In this document: piece after piece, positions 19,981 to 30,308 of the stretch
Layout of the letters: every line of letters begins with the position of its first letter
How positions within the stretch are numbered: the first letter of the stretch is position 1
From: Candidatus Saccharimonadota bacterium
Lineage (GTDB): Bacteria > Patescibacteriota > Saccharimonadia > Saccharimonadales > Saccharimonadaceae
Reading direction: 5' to 3'
Length of the DNA: 64,000 bases
Assembly (NCBI GenBank): GCA_017455145.1
Contig: JAFTBP010000007.1
Coordinates: forward strand, 19,505 to 83,504
Made by a program: the position numbers and the translations under genes
The notes under the pieces: generated by a model
What the model was told of the DNA's origin: nothing
The model's input: the letters and a program-made list of their open reading frames with translations, nothing else
Databases searched by the model: none

Positions 19981-20125
19981 AAAACCGAGTACGCAAGCCA
20001 CCTTACGTATACTCCCTTGCGCTTTTTCCTAATCTTTGCTATAATAAAGCTACTAATCAATCACTCGTATCTTTTCTCTACAAGAGGTAGTAGAGATGTT
20101 ATACATTAAAAAGGGATTATTTTAT

Positions 20126-22255
20126 ATGAATCAAAACGAACAAGAACGTCGCGCTAGGTTACTGAGTGCGGCTAAAAAGCGCCTTCCAAGCATCAAAGAA
20201 CAGTTTGAGGAGGCCCAGAAACGCAATTTTAACAGCAATTTCAAAGAAGGTGGGAAGGATGCCCACTTAGTAGGTAAACCCCGTAAAAACGCATCTAAAG
20301 GCCCAAAAAAGGCAAAACCAGTTTCAAAAACCACCAAAAACGCCAAAAATCAGGCCAAAACCGACAAAAACAAGGTCAATTTGTCTGTTTCTACGCGTAA
20401 GGGCGAAATGGTCCACCACCAGCGAATGCTCTCTCAAGACGTGAATGCTCAGGCTACTCAACACATCATTGGTATCCCTGTTAACAAGTCCAGATACAAC
20501 GGTTATGATGGCGCCCAAGTTACTCACGCCCAGCTAAAAAACGCCCGTCCGTCTAACGACTCCGTCCACATCATTCCTATCGGTGGCGTCGGCGAATTTG
20601 GCATTGGCAAAAATATGACAATCATTGAGTATAAGGGCGAGATGCTCGTAATAGATATGGGTGTACTTTTTGCCGGCAACGATTACCCTGGCGTTAACTA
20701 TATGATTCCAGATATCAAATATCTTGAGGACAACAAAGACAAGGTGAAAGCCCTGCTCTTTACTCACGCCCACCTTGACCATATCGGCGCTTGCCGTCAT
20801 CTTTTGCCAAAGTTCAATCCACTCACCCCTATTTATGGTACTGATTTCACTATTGGTATGATTAAAAAACAGATGAGTGAACTAGAAGATGAGCCAGATT
20901 TGAACTACAACGTAGTAGATCCATTCAAACACGAAAAAATCCAAGTCTCCGAGCATCTTTCCGTGGAGTTTATCCACGTACTTCACTCTATTCCAGGTAG
21001 TACTGCTATCGTGGTACGTACTCCTAATGGCGTAATCTATGTCTCTGGTGACTGGCGCCACGAAGATCATCCTTATGGCAAGCAGACTGACTATGAGCGT
21101 ATTGACGAGATCGTCAAAAACGAGGGCATTGATTTAATGCTTAACGAGTCTACCAACATTGACTCCCCAGGTCATCACCCTCACTCCGAGTATGATGTTG
21201 GCGACAATCTTGGTAAGGTTATGGACCACTATGCTAATGGTCGTGTAATTATCTCTTGTTTCTCTAGCCAGGTTTCTAGAATTGAAAGCACCCTCCGCGA
21301 AGCCGCTAAACGCGGGCGCAAGGTTGCCTTTGCCGGATTTTCTATGATTAACAACGTAGAAGTTGCCCTTCGCACCAAACAGATTAAAGTACCAAAAGAT
21401 GTCATTATGAAAATGGAAGATATCGTTAAGCTTCCAGACGATAAAATCACTATTGTTTGTACCGGCTCTCAGGGCGAGCTCAATGCTGTACTTAATCGTA
21501 TGGTTACCGGTGCTCACAAATACATCAAGATTAAATCCACTGATACTATCGTGTTCTCATCCAACCCAATTCCAGGTAACGAGCCACACGTAGTCAGCAC
21601 AGTTGACGGCCTTCTTCGTGAAGGTGCCCAGGTCATCCAAAATGGCAAAACCCATCTCACTAACATTGGCCCACTTCATCTTTCTGGCCACGCCTACTAC
21701 GAAGACCACGTTGATTTCGTCACGCGTCTCCATCCAAAGAATTATATGCCATACCACGGCGAATTCTATATGCTTCAGCACAATGCCGAGATGGCAGAAA
21801 ATGTTATTGGCATCCCTAGAGACAACATTATCATTTCTGATGATGGTGATATCGTAGAATTTATGAAAGACAAGACCATCAAGAAAACTGGTCGTATTCC
21901 TGCCGGTAACAAACTTTATGATGATGCTGACCAGCCTGTTCACGAAGCCGTAGTAAAAGATCGCATTCACATCTCTCGCGAAGGTATCTTTGTAATCGTG
22001 CTTACTATTTCTAAGAAAACTGGTCGCCTAGTTAAAACCCCAGACATTGTTTCTCGCGCTTTCATCTATCTTGATAATTCCGAAGAACTTATTGGTAAAA
22101 TCCGCCACTATCTCCGTATGAAAACTGAGCGCTCTGTCTCTACAGATGATGCTATGAAGGCCCTCAAAGAAGAAATCAAAGAAGAAGTTACCCATATTCT
22201 CTACGACGCTACGGGCCATACCCCAATCGTCATCCCAGTAATTAACAAAGTCTAA
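20126..22255 (+). CDS. rnj: Ribonuclease J
   Basis: IGKNM, THAHLDHIG, ESTN, GSQGE, HLSGH, PYHGE motifs; Lys-rich N-terminal extension; start at 20096 or 20126. Confidence 0.95.
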   Translation: MNQNEQERRARLLSAAKKRLPSIKEQFEEAQKRNFNSNFKEGGKDAHLVGKPRKNASKGPKKAKPVSKTTKNAKNQAKTDKNKVNLSVSTRKGEMVHHQRMLSQDVNAQATQHIIGIPVNKSRYNGYDGAQVTHAQLKNARPSNDSVHIIPIGGVGEFGIGKNMTIIEYKGEMLVIDMGVLFAGNDYPGVNYMIPDIKYLEDNKDKVKALLFTHAHLDHIGACRHLLPKFNPLTPIYGTDFTIGMIKKQMSELEDEPDLNYNVVDPFKHEKIQVSEHLSVEFIHVLHSIPGSTAIVVRTPNGVIYVSGDWRHEDHPYGKQTDYERIDEIVKNEGIDLMLNESTNIDSPGHHPHSEYDVGDNLGKVMDHYANGRVIISCFSSQVSRIESTLREAAKRGRKVAFAGFSMINNVEVALRTKQIKVPKDVIMKMEDIVKLPDDKITIVCTGSQGELNAVLNRMVTGAHKYIKIKSTDTIVFSSNPIPGNEPHVVSTVDGLLREGAQVIQNGKTHLTNIGPLHLSGHAYYEDHVDFVTRLHPKNYMPYHGEFYMLQHNAEMAENVIGIPRDNIIISDDGDIVEFMKDKTIKKTGRIPAGNKLYDDADQPVHEAVVKDRIHISREGIFVIVLTISKKTGRLVKTPDIVSRAFIYLDNSEELIGKIRHYLRMKTERSVSTDDAMKALKEEIKEEVTHILYDATGHTPIVIPVINKV

Positions 22256-22962
22256 CGTTTTTTACGTTCAGCACGCTTAGCGCGTCGCTTGGCTTTTCTC
22301 TCGGCCTTGCGACGTGCTTTTTCAATTTTCTTAGCGATTTTTTCCGGTGTCGCAAACAGCTCTTTAATTACTTTTTTAGCATTTTTTTTAATTTCGGCAG
22401 TCTGATCTCCAATTGCTTTGCTAAATTCTTCCATGTTCTTAACTTTCATATTGGCATAAGATGAGGCTACTACATCAATTGTATATATCACCAACATCAC
22501 CCCAGCAAGTGTAATTTGTAGCCACTGAGGCAAAAAATCAATACATTTATCCGCTAGAGGTACCAAGAAAGAAATAAAAATACATCCACCTAGACCAAAC
22601 AAAAGGGAATTGCGTAGGCAAATCCGTCCATTAATATTAAACTTATGCGTCTTAGAATAGTCCCACCAGCGTAGATGAAAGATTTTTTCTAGGATATAGC
22701 TCGTACTATACTCTAGTATCACCCCAATTGCCATCGCGACCAGAAATACTATAAAAAGATTATCCTTTGGGATATCTTTTGATAGCATTATCATTATAAT
22801 TGCGCCAAATCCATAAATCGGCAGATACGGCCCAAAAAGAAATCCCCGATTACTAATTTTCTTCTTCCGAGGCAAAGTATTAAGTAATTCTACAAAATAG
22901 CCCATCACCGCAAAAATCGTAAAATACAGCGTATATCGGGAGACAAACAGAATAATATCCAT
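22252..22962 (-). CDS. Putative ABC transporter permease-like membrane protein (DUF1113/CmpB type)
   Basis: NRGFLFGPYLPIYGFG and WWDYS...NINGRICL motifs. Confidence 0.8.
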   Translation of the reverse strand: MDIILFVSRYTLYFTIFAVMGYFVELLNTLPRKKKISNRGFLFGPYLPIYGFGAIIMIMLSKDIPKDNLFIVFLVAMAIGVILEYSTSYILEKIFHLRWWDYSKTHKFNINGRICLRNSLLFGLGGCIFISFLVPLADKCIDFLPQWLQITLAGVMLVIYTIDVVASSYANMKVKNMEEFSKAIGDQTAEIKKNAKKVIKELFATPEKIAKKIEKARRKAERKAKRRAKRAERKKR

Positions 22963-23069
22963 ATACGGGTATTATAACACATAAGAATTTAGGCTTTACG
23001 CTTATTCTTTTCATTGACAAACTCGTCAAAAAAGCCTAAAATAGAGACAAATAAAAGGAGTCATATTTA

Positions 23070-24776
23070 ATGAAAAAGTTATCTTTTCTCCTCGCCACTA
23101 TTGGGTTTGCTGTGGCGAGTTTTTTGTCGCCTATTGTTGCAACGCGCGTTTTTGCTTCAACACCACAAAACGCTAATGATAACTACGGCTCTATCCAGTT
23201 TAACGCCAGTGGTATAGAAGGTCTTCAAATATCCTTCCCAAGTGTAGATGGCGCCTCTTCTGCTACGGTCATTATCACCGACTCAACCAACACTAACCAA
23301 CTTGCTACGGTCACTTTTTCTGGTTCTGGTCTTTACGCTGGCGATAATAATACCATCTATGCTAACGGCACCGTTTCGGTTGCGGCCGCACTTCCGTCCA
23401 ATGTTTCCTATACTGCTTCATTTTGGAGCGACGGAGTCGACCAACACGGACTTGGTACATCAGCTAGTTTAACTGTGGGTGTCCACAAGAACATTGACCT
23501 GGTATTTGATACGAGCGATAGTGGCGAGCCATCTGGCCCATCACACAATCCTGATGATACCAATGCTTGGTTTATCTGGAACTGTAATGGCGATCTTTGC
23601 CGCTATAAAATCACCGACCTAGAACATCCATTTGAAAATCCTTTCACTCAAGAACTAGCCTATATCACCAAATACATCAAATCCACCGATGTCAAAGATG
23701 CAAATGACAACACTAAGGTCCTTGATCTTAACGCGCTCCTAGATTTAGCGGCCTCCACCCCAGGCAACGCTTTGGCTCCTTATCTCTTTATTTATGACGA
23801 TTGTATTCAGGACGAATATAACATCGACATTACTAATACCTGTGCTGCTGGTATCTCTAGCGTTACTACGTGGTCTGGTCTTTCCACTTGGCTAGACAAT
23901 AATATCTATAATCAGCAAGATCCAGAAGAGGCCTTTAGGCTCTTTGCTATTGATCCAACCGGAGCAAGTAGTGGTGCGAATATCATTTCCACCAACGGCG
24001 ACCGCCGATTCCGCGCTACCATTTATGATGCATCCGACTATTATGGCATTTCCAATGCCTCTAGCCCGGCCGACCTCACCTACTATCCGTCCTACTGGGA
24101 TCAGACCTTCTTCAATCCAGCCTATGACATTTCTGGCACCAGTTTAGACGAGCCAATGACCATCCAAGCATATCTGCTTGAGCCAAAAATCGATCTAAGC
24201 AATGACAGTGTATCCGCTTCCGATCCAATCGCCAGTATTGCGATTGCTTCTTCAAATGTTCCAGCTTCTGCCGTCACTATTACCAAAGAAGATTCAGTCT
24301 TTAGTCTTGAGTTCAATTCTAATTATTACGACAATGTCACTTTTCTTGTGACGAGCACGAGTGGCAAAACTTACTACGTTGCGATTTCTCGCTCCGTAAT
24401 TGGTCACGTGCTTGATCCAATTGAACAAGACAAACGCAATGTCGGTCTCTTCGTTCCGGAAACTGATGATACTGAGTACGACATTCTAGCTACTTACTAT
24501 TGGGCTGATGGCACCGAAAAAACCTTCACCATGGAAGAAATGCAAATCGGCGATGACGGCGGTAAAGGCCTAGTCATGCGCCCATACCAGCTCAAATCTG
24601 CCGACGCCAGCCAAGTTGACGTTACACCAACTTCCGCTAACCCGCCAATCGGCGTCTCCTATATCGCCGTAGAGAGTGGTAGCACTACTAGCACGTTTAA
24701 GGGCGCGCTATCCGGCTCTGGTAAGGGTACTTACTACAAAATCAATCATGGTAATTACGAACTGGTCACTAAATAA
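23070..24776 (+). CDS. Large secreted/surface protein of unknown function
   Basis: AAGGAG SD, signal peptide, Ser/Thr/Asn-rich beta-type sequence. Confidence 0.7.
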   Translation: MKKLSFLLATIGFAVASFLSPIVATRVFASTPQNANDNYGSIQFNASGIEGLQISFPSVDGASSATVIITDSTNTNQLATVTFSGSGLYAGDNNTIYANGTVSVAAALPSNVSYTASFWSDGVDQHGLGTSASLTVGVHKNIDLVFDTSDSGEPSGPSHNPDDTNAWFIWNCNGDLCRYKITDLEHPFENPFTQELAYITKYIKSTDVKDANDNTKVLDLNALLDLAASTPGNALAPYLFIYDDCIQDEYNIDITNTCAAGISSVTTWSGLSTWLDNNIYNQQDPEEAFRLFAIDPTGASSGANIISTNGDRRFRATIYDASDYYGISNASSPADLTYYPSYWDQTFFNPAYDISGTSLDEPMTIQAYLLEPKIDLSNDSVSASDPIASIAIASSNVPASAVTITKEDSVFSLEFNSNYYDNVTFLVTSTSGKTYYVAISRSVIGHVLDPIEQDKRNVGLFVPETDDTEYDILATYYWADGTEKTFTMEEMQIGDDGGKGLVMRPYQLKSADASQVDVTPTSANPPIGVSYIAVESGSTTSTFKGALSGSGKGTYYKINHGNYELVTK

Positions 24777-24787
24777 GGAGGGACAAG

Positions 24788-25243
24788 ATGAATATTTTAA
24801 CTCTAAATACTTCAACTACAAATAGCACTATCTCCGTTAGTGGTACCACCGAAGACGGTATGCTCGCCGTAGGTATTACCGTCTACGACAAAACCGGCAC
24901 CACCCAAATCACCGTTCGCACTACTGCTGTTGTCAATAACGAATATGAATACACCGTAGATGGCCTAGAAGAGGGTGAATATCAAATCTGTGTAGCCGAT
25001 TTTGACGGCGGTGACTGTAAAACCGCTACCGTTACACTGTCTGCTACCGAAGACGAAGATTCTACTGCCGGTACGCCAGAAACCGGCTATCACACTATCG
25101 CAAAAGTAGAAGAGCCCGCTCCAGAAGCTAATGCCTCTGCTACTTTACCGGCCGTTTGTATTAGTTTAGCTATCGGTATGGCGATTTCTGCTGTTATCGT
25201 CTTCGGCGCTAGAAGATTAATCATCGCAAAACGTAAACAATAA
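24788..25243 (+). CDS. Ig-like protein with sortase-like TPETG motif and C-terminal TM anchor
   Basis: AAGGAGG SD; TPETG, hydrophobic helix, basic tail KRKQ. Confidence 0.65.
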   Translation: MNILTLNTSTTNSTISVSGTTEDGMLAVGITVYDKTGTTQITVRTTAVVNNEYEYTVDGLEEGEYQICVADFDGGDCKTATVTLSATEDEDSTAGTPETGYHTIAKVEEPAPEANASATLPAVCISLAIGMAISAVIVFGARRLIIAKRKQ

Positions 25244-25246
25244 AAA

Positions 25247-25333
25247 TGGTCCCCGAGGCAGGACTTGAACCTGTACCTAATTGCTTAGACTAGCACCTGA
25301 AGCTAGCGCGTCTACCAATTCCGCCACTCGGGG
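25247..25333 (-). tRNA. tRNA-Leu(CAG)
   Basis: CCCCGAG/CTCGGGG acceptor, CTAGC-TTCAGGT-GCTAG arm, long variable arm, CCA. Confidence 0.93.
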
Positions 25334-25413
25334 AAGCTTCCTGAATTATAACATAGATTTTGTCGTTTTGCGACTTTGCAGATTTTATCCGACTTATGCT
25401 ATACTAGTATCGT

Positions 25414-26556
25414 ATGAGACTTCCCAAAAATCACGTTAAAATGTCTCTAATTCTTTCTGGCGCAGTGCTTTCTGCCTTCATTTTTGGTACTATCGCATAT
25501 CATATCACTGCTAATACTTTCGCCGATGACGACCCTAGTTCTCCCGCTATTTTAGATTATCACTACGTTACAATTTACGATCAAGGTAAGAAGTTTACCA
25601 TTAAAACTAATGCCGTTACAGTAGAAGAAGCTCTCGCTCGCGCTAGTGTTGAGCTGTCCTCCACTGATATTGTTGAGCCGTCTCGTACCACTTTAATTAA
25701 TGATGGCAATTTCCATATTAATATTTATCGCGCTCGCCCTGTAATTATTTCTGATGGCGTGGTCAAAAAACGTGTTGAAACCGCTAGTTATGATCCTGCC
25801 ACTATCGCGCGTGATGCAGGCTTTTCCATTTATGATGGCGACGAAATCATTATGGTCGGAAACACTGATTTTATAGAAGCTGGTATTTCCACCGCCTACA
25901 AAATCATCAGAAACGGTGGCGAAACTTTGACTGAAGAAATTCGTTTGCCGTTTGAAGAAGAAATTGTTCGCGATATTAATCTCCCAATCGGTCAAAACGT
26001 AACCGAGCAAATTGGCGAGGAAGGTTTACAAGTTAAAAAATACAAAGTCAGTTTTGTGGATGGCGCCGAAGTAAAACGTGAACTAATTTCTGACGAAATT
26101 GTGCGTGAGCCAGTCAAACGCATTGTTAGAGAAGGCGCTAAGGGTATTGCTAATAACTCCACTTCTGCCGGAGAGAATGAACAAATTACTTGGGACTTCC
26201 TAAAGTCTAATGGCTTTTCTAACGTCCAAGCCGCAGGTATTATGGGCAATCTTATGCAGGAGCATCGCTTTAATACTACTGATACTGCCGGTGGTCTTGG
26301 TATTGCTCAATGGACCGGCGGGCGTCGCAATAATCTTCTTGCGCGCGAAAATCCATACAGTATTTACACTCAGCTAGACTATCTAATGTATGAGTTAAAC
26401 GGTGGATACGCTTCGGCCAAGAACGCTATTTTGACATCAACCTCTATTGAGGGCGCTACTCGTGCTTTCCAAAATCGGTTTGAGCGTTGCGGAATATGTC
26501 GCGAAGAGACCCGTATCGGCTATGCTTATGACATTTATAATAGGTATGCTAAGTAA
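25414..26556 (+). CDS. YabE/RpfB-like cell-wall hydrolase (DUF348 + G5 + phage-tail-type lysozyme)
   Basis: TVEEALARA, GEEG...Y...DG G5 pattern, QAAGIMGNLMQE...GIAQW...FERC lysozyme; upstream of rsmA. Confidence 0.85.
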   Translation: MRLPKNHVKMSLILSGAVLSAFIFGTIAYHITANTFADDDPSSPAILDYHYVTIYDQGKKFTIKTNAVTVEEALARASVELSSTDIVEPSRTTLINDGNFHINIYRARPVIISDGVVKKRVETASYDPATIARDAGFSIYDGDEIIMVGNTDFIEAGISTAYKIIRNGGETLTEEIRLPFEEEIVRDINLPIGQNVTEQIGEEGLQVKKYKVSFVDGAEVKRELISDEIVREPVKRIVREGAKGIANNSTSAGENEQITWDFLKSNGFSNVQAAGIMGNLMQEHRFNTTDTAGGLGIAQWTGGRRNNLLARENPYSIYTQLDYLMYELNGGYASAKNAILTSTSIEGATRAFQNRFERCGICREETRIGYAYDIYNRYAK

Positions 26557-27338
26557 TGAAAAATAACAAATCTCTCGGTCAGCACTGGCTAAAAGACCGC
26601 ACGATTTTAGATGAAATTGCCGAACTTACGCTTGGAAATGCCCCAGATTCGCCTCTAGAAGCCCCTGAAAACCGCTTATGCCTAGAAATAGGACCAGGAC
26701 TAGGCACACTTACATCTAGCCTTCTGAGGCTATTTCCGCGCGTTTTAGCGGTAGAATACGATGAAAATCTAGCGAGGAACCTCCCAAAATCCTTCCCAGG
26801 AAAAGACCTGACCGTTATAAACGAAGATTTTCTCAAATTTGATCTAAGTTCTATTAACGAGCCATACGTTGTAGCTGGGAATATTCCTTACTACATCACT
26901 TCTCCGATCATTATGAAACTCCTAGAGACAGAGAACAAACCAGATCGTATTGTGCTCCTAATCCAAAAAGAAGTTGCTGAGCGCGCCGTCGCTGGTCCAG
27001 GGAAGCATACTGTACTTTCTCTCTCTGTCCAGAATCTAGCAAACGCCTCTCTTGGTCCTGTCGTAACCAAAGAGCTATTCACTCCACCTCCTAGGGTAGA
27101 TAGCCAAGTTCTAATCTTAGATCCAAAACCTACTCCTACTATCTCTGATGAGGCCCTAAAGCTCATCAAATGCGCATTTTCTGCTCCGCGCAAAAAACTT
27201 ATCAAAAATTTGAGTAGTTTTTACCCTGTTGATAAACTAAAGGAAACGTGCTTGAAACTAGAAATATCCCTTGATGCGCGCCCATCTGACCCCGCGCTCG
27301 AAACTTGGCAAAACTTATATAATCTCTTGCAAAAATAA
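26556..27338 (+). CDS. rsmA: 16S rRNA adenine dimethyltransferase RsmA/KsgA
   Basis: KSLGQHWL, EIGPGLG, GNIPYYITSP, QKEVAER, FTPPPRVDS. Confidence 0.93.
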   Translation: MKNNKSLGQHWLKDRTILDEIAELTLGNAPDSPLEAPENRLCLEIGPGLGTLTSSLLRLFPRVLAVEYDENLARNLPKSFPGKDLTVINEDFLKFDLSSINEPYVVAGNIPYYITSPIIMKLLETENKPDRIVLLIQKEVAERAVAGPGKHTVLSLSVQNLANASLGPVVTKELFTPPPRVDSQVLILDPKPTPTISDEALKLIKCAFSAPRKKLIKNLSSFYPVDKLKETCLKLEISLDARPSDPALETWQNLYNLLQK

Positions 27339-27388
27339 ACCATAACCGCTATAATTTAACCAAAGTATCTATAAAAGGGAGGTTTTTA

Positions 27389-28798
27389 ATGAATCCGGAC
27401 GAAAACAATAATAACCAGCCAGGGGATAATCCTGTAGCGCCTGAAGTGACTATTGCTCCAGAAACCCCAGCCACTCCGGATTCTGCGCCACTGGAACAGG
27501 CGATTGCTCCAGAAGTGCCAGCAGACACTCCTATCGCCCCAGAAATGCCAGAAGCTTTAGAAGCTACGGAGGCGCCTGCCGAAGAACAATCTGCTTCTCT
27601 GGATCAAGTTGCTGCCGACCTTGCTGCCGTCGCTACAGAGGCTAACCCGGATTCTGCCCCTGTTGCTGAGCCATCCCCAGAAGCACCAATCGCCCCAGAA
27701 ACTACTCCTGAACCAGCGCCATTTGCTGAGCCATCCCCAGAAGCTCCAGCCACACCAGAAGCTCCTGTCGTTCCAGAAGCTCCTGCAGAGCCAGAGATGC
27801 CAGTCGCACCAGAGCTAACTCCTGCGCCTGAGTCTGCCCCAGCAGAACCTACACTAGAAACACAAGCAGAGACTCCAGCAGAAATGCCAACCGAGGCACC
27901 ATTAGAAACTCCTCTCTCAACAGAGGCTCCTATCGCTCCAGAAGAGACCCCAGCTCCAGAAATCACCCCAGAGCCACTTCCAGAAGATACTCCAGCTCCA
28001 GAAGAAACCTCAGCTCCGGCTTCCGCTAATTTTGTTGACGACGCTCCAGCAAGCCCTACTCCGGCCCCATCTTCGGATGACGAAGAGGAAGAGCCTCTCG
28101 TTCCAGCCGAGCCGGTTCCAGGCTCCATTGGTAGTGCTCTAGCTTATTCTGATACTGCCCCAGACCACGCTATTCCTGTTGGCAAACCCCTAAAAGTTAA
28201 AAAACAAAGAGCACCTCTTTCTAAAGAAAATATTAAACTCTTAGTAATGATTATCGGTGGTGTTACACTTGTTGCAATCGTAGCGGTTGTTATCTTCTTC
28301 ATTATAAACAGCGCATCTAATCGTAGTACATCCAGTACTACTCCAGCCAACAATAATAGTAATAACAACTCTTCAGTTGTCTCCAGCCTTACCTGTACTC
28401 GTAATGGTGGCGCAGACATATTTGGCACCTACGGCAATGTTGCCTCAGGTTCCGAGCAAGTTATCGCAATGTATACCAATGACAATCTCACCAGTTTTGG
28501 CACTACTTTGACTTTGACGTATGATTCAGAAGATTCTGCCAATGCTGGCCAAATTGTTGCTCGCGATATCTACAACCAGAAAGTTGCTTCTACCGGCACT
28601 ACTACAGACCCATTCACTAGTGCCTACGACGTCACTGGCACTACTTTGACCGTCACGCATCAAGCTGACGGCGAAGACATTACCGACAAAAACGCTAAAA
28701 TCCTAGGCTTTTATGTCATCAAAGGCGAGCCGGTTACTGACATTGACACTCTTCTTGACAACTACGAGTCCGAAGATTATACCTGCGTAGAAAAATAG
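27389..28798 (+). CDS. Pro/Glu/Ala-rich low-complexity membrane protein
   Basis: About 250 aa of APE/PEAP repeats, one TM helix, Cys-flanked C-terminal domain. Confidence 0.8.
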   Translation: MNPDENNNNQPGDNPVAPEVTIAPETPATPDSAPLEQAIAPEVPADTPIAPEMPEALEATEAPAEEQSASLDQVAADLAAVATEANPDSAPVAEPSPEAPIAPETTPEPAPFAEPSPEAPATPEAPVVPEAPAEPEMPVAPELTPAPESAPAEPTLETQAETPAEMPTEAPLETPLSTEAPIAPEETPAPEITPEPLPEDTPAPEETSAPASANFVDDAPASPTPAPSSDDEEEEPLVPAEPVPGSIGSALAYSDTAPDHAIPVGKPLKVKKQRAPLSKENIKLLVMIIGGVTLVAIVAVVIFFIINSASNRSTSSTTPANNNSNNNSSVVSSLTCTRNGGADIFGTYGNVASGSEQVIAMYTNDNLTSFGTTLTLTYDSEDSANAGQIVARDIYNQKVASTGTTTDPFTSAYDVTGTTLTVTHQADGEDITDKNAKILGFYVIKGEPVTDIDTLLDNYESEDYTCVEK

Positions 28799-28838
28799 TC
28801 TTCTTGCAAGAATAGCTAAACTATTATAAAATATAGAT

Positions 28839-30257
28839 ATGTCAAAAATCTATCTTACTACTGCTATTCCTTATGTCAATGGTGTTCCACATATTGGGCA
28901 CGCTTGCGATTATCTTTTGGCGGACGTCTATGCCCGCTATCAAAGAGGAAAGGGGAACGAAGTAAGATTCCAGGCTGGCACTGATGAGCACGGCAACAAA
29001 ATCGCTAAAAAAGCTGAGGAGCTAGGTATTGTTGTTAAGTCCTATGTTGATGATAATTCTAAAAAATTCCAAGATTTCATCAAGAAACTAGGCATTTCTA
29101 CGACTGATTTTATTCGCACTACGGATGCGGACCATATTCGTCGTTGCCAAGAAATCTGGCAAAAGCTAGAAGGCCATATCTATAAAGACAGCTACGAGGG
29201 CTGGTACTGCGAAGGTTGTGAGCGCTATATCACGGAAAAAGAATGTGAAGAAAACGGCGGAATTTGTCCAGACCACAACAAGCCATATCAGAAATTGAGT
29301 GAAGAAAACTATTACTTTAGAATTTCTGATTTCAAAGATCAAATCAAAGAAGCTATCACAAATAAAACAATGGAAATTCTACCAGAATTTCGCGCCAAAG
29401 AAATTCTGAACCTCTTAGACGACAGTCCAGATGTTTCTATTTCTAGACCAGTATCCGAGCTTAAATGGGGCATCCCAGTTCCAGGCGACGATAGTCAAGT
29501 TATGTATGTCTGGCTTGACGCCTTATCAAACTATATTACGGTTTTAGGTTATCCAGACCAAGATATTTCTGATTATTGGCCAGCTTCTGCTCAATATGTC
29601 GGCAAGGACATTTTGCGCTTCCACGCAATTATCTGGCCGGCTATGTTACTTGGCCTTGGCCTTCCACTTCCAAAAGTCATCCCATCTCACGGCCACGTTT
29701 TATCAAATGGTCAAAAAATGAGCAAATCCATTGGCAATGTAGTTGATCCAATAGAAGTCTTAGACGCTAAAGGACTTCCAGCTTTCCGTTATTTCTTCTT
29801 GCGCCACGTTGATACTTTTGCCGACTCTGACTTTACTTGGGAAAAATACGAATCTGCCTATAATGGCGAGCTCGCAAATGATTTAGGTAATTTGGTCCAG
29901 CGCCTTGCGAATCTTTGCAAAAAACAAGATTTACCTGGTCGTAAATTTGAGCCTAGCCGTGATGCTGAGTACGACAAGTTGATGGATTCATTCTATTTTA
30001 GCCGCGCCTTTGATTATGTCTGGAGTAAAGTCCAAGATTTAAACAAAGAAATTGACGAGAAAAAGCCTTGGGAATTAAACAAGATAGAAGAAAAACACGA
30101 CGAGTTAATTGCTATTTTGAATGATCTTGCCGATAAACTCCTTGTCGTAGCGTACCTTCTAGAACCATTCATCCCAGACACAGCTACCGCCATTAAGGAT
30201 ATTTTCACTGCCGAAAAAATCCTTCCACCAGCTACTCCACTCTTCCCAAAAAACTAA
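28839..30257 (+). CDS. metG: Methionine--tRNA ligase (short form)
   Basis: YLTTAIPYVNG.PHIGH, GTDEHG, GKDILRFH, KMSKS. Confidence 0.96.
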   Translation: MSKIYLTTAIPYVNGVPHIGHACDYLLADVYARYQRGKGNEVRFQAGTDEHGNKIAKKAEELGIVVKSYVDDNSKKFQDFIKKLGISTTDFIRTTDADHIRRCQEIWQKLEGHIYKDSYEGWYCEGCERYITEKECEENGGICPDHNKPYQKLSEENYYFRISDFKDQIKEAITNKTMEILPEFRAKEILNLLDDSPDVSISRPVSELKWGIPVPGDDSQVMYVWLDALSNYITVLGYPDQDISDYWPASAQYVGKDILRFHAIIWPAMLLGLGLPLPKVIPSHGHVLSNGQKMSKSIGNVVDPIEVLDAKGLPAFRYFFLRHVDTFADSDFTWEKYESAYNGELANDLGNLVQRLANLCKKQDLPGRKFEPSRDAEYDKLMDSFYFSRAFDYVWSKVQDLNKEIDEKKPWELNKIEEKHDELIAILNDLADKLLVVAYLLEPFIPDTATAIKDIFTAEKILPPATPLFPKN

Positions 30258-30278
30258 TCCTATTTAAAACCAACAAAA

Positions 30279-30300
30279 AAAGAGCCCTTGCGGGCTCTTT
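30279..30300. terminator. Bidirectional terminator
   Basis: AAAGAGCCC-TTGC-GGGCTCTTT between convergent genes. Confidence 0.75.
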
Positions 30301-30308
30301 CTTACGTG

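Noticed and set aside
19699-20060. ORFs 19699-20001 and 19713-20060 as genuine genes
   Set aside because: Weak starts with no obvious SD or promoter; only the 240-bp cassette portion is meaningful and the other frame is a shadow
27604-28128. 174-aa Gly/Ser/Ala-rich minus-strand ORF and similar antisense ORFs in pyk, pgk, ruvA, prfB and the CHAP gene
   Set aside because: Antisense shadows of well-supported genes with biased codon usage
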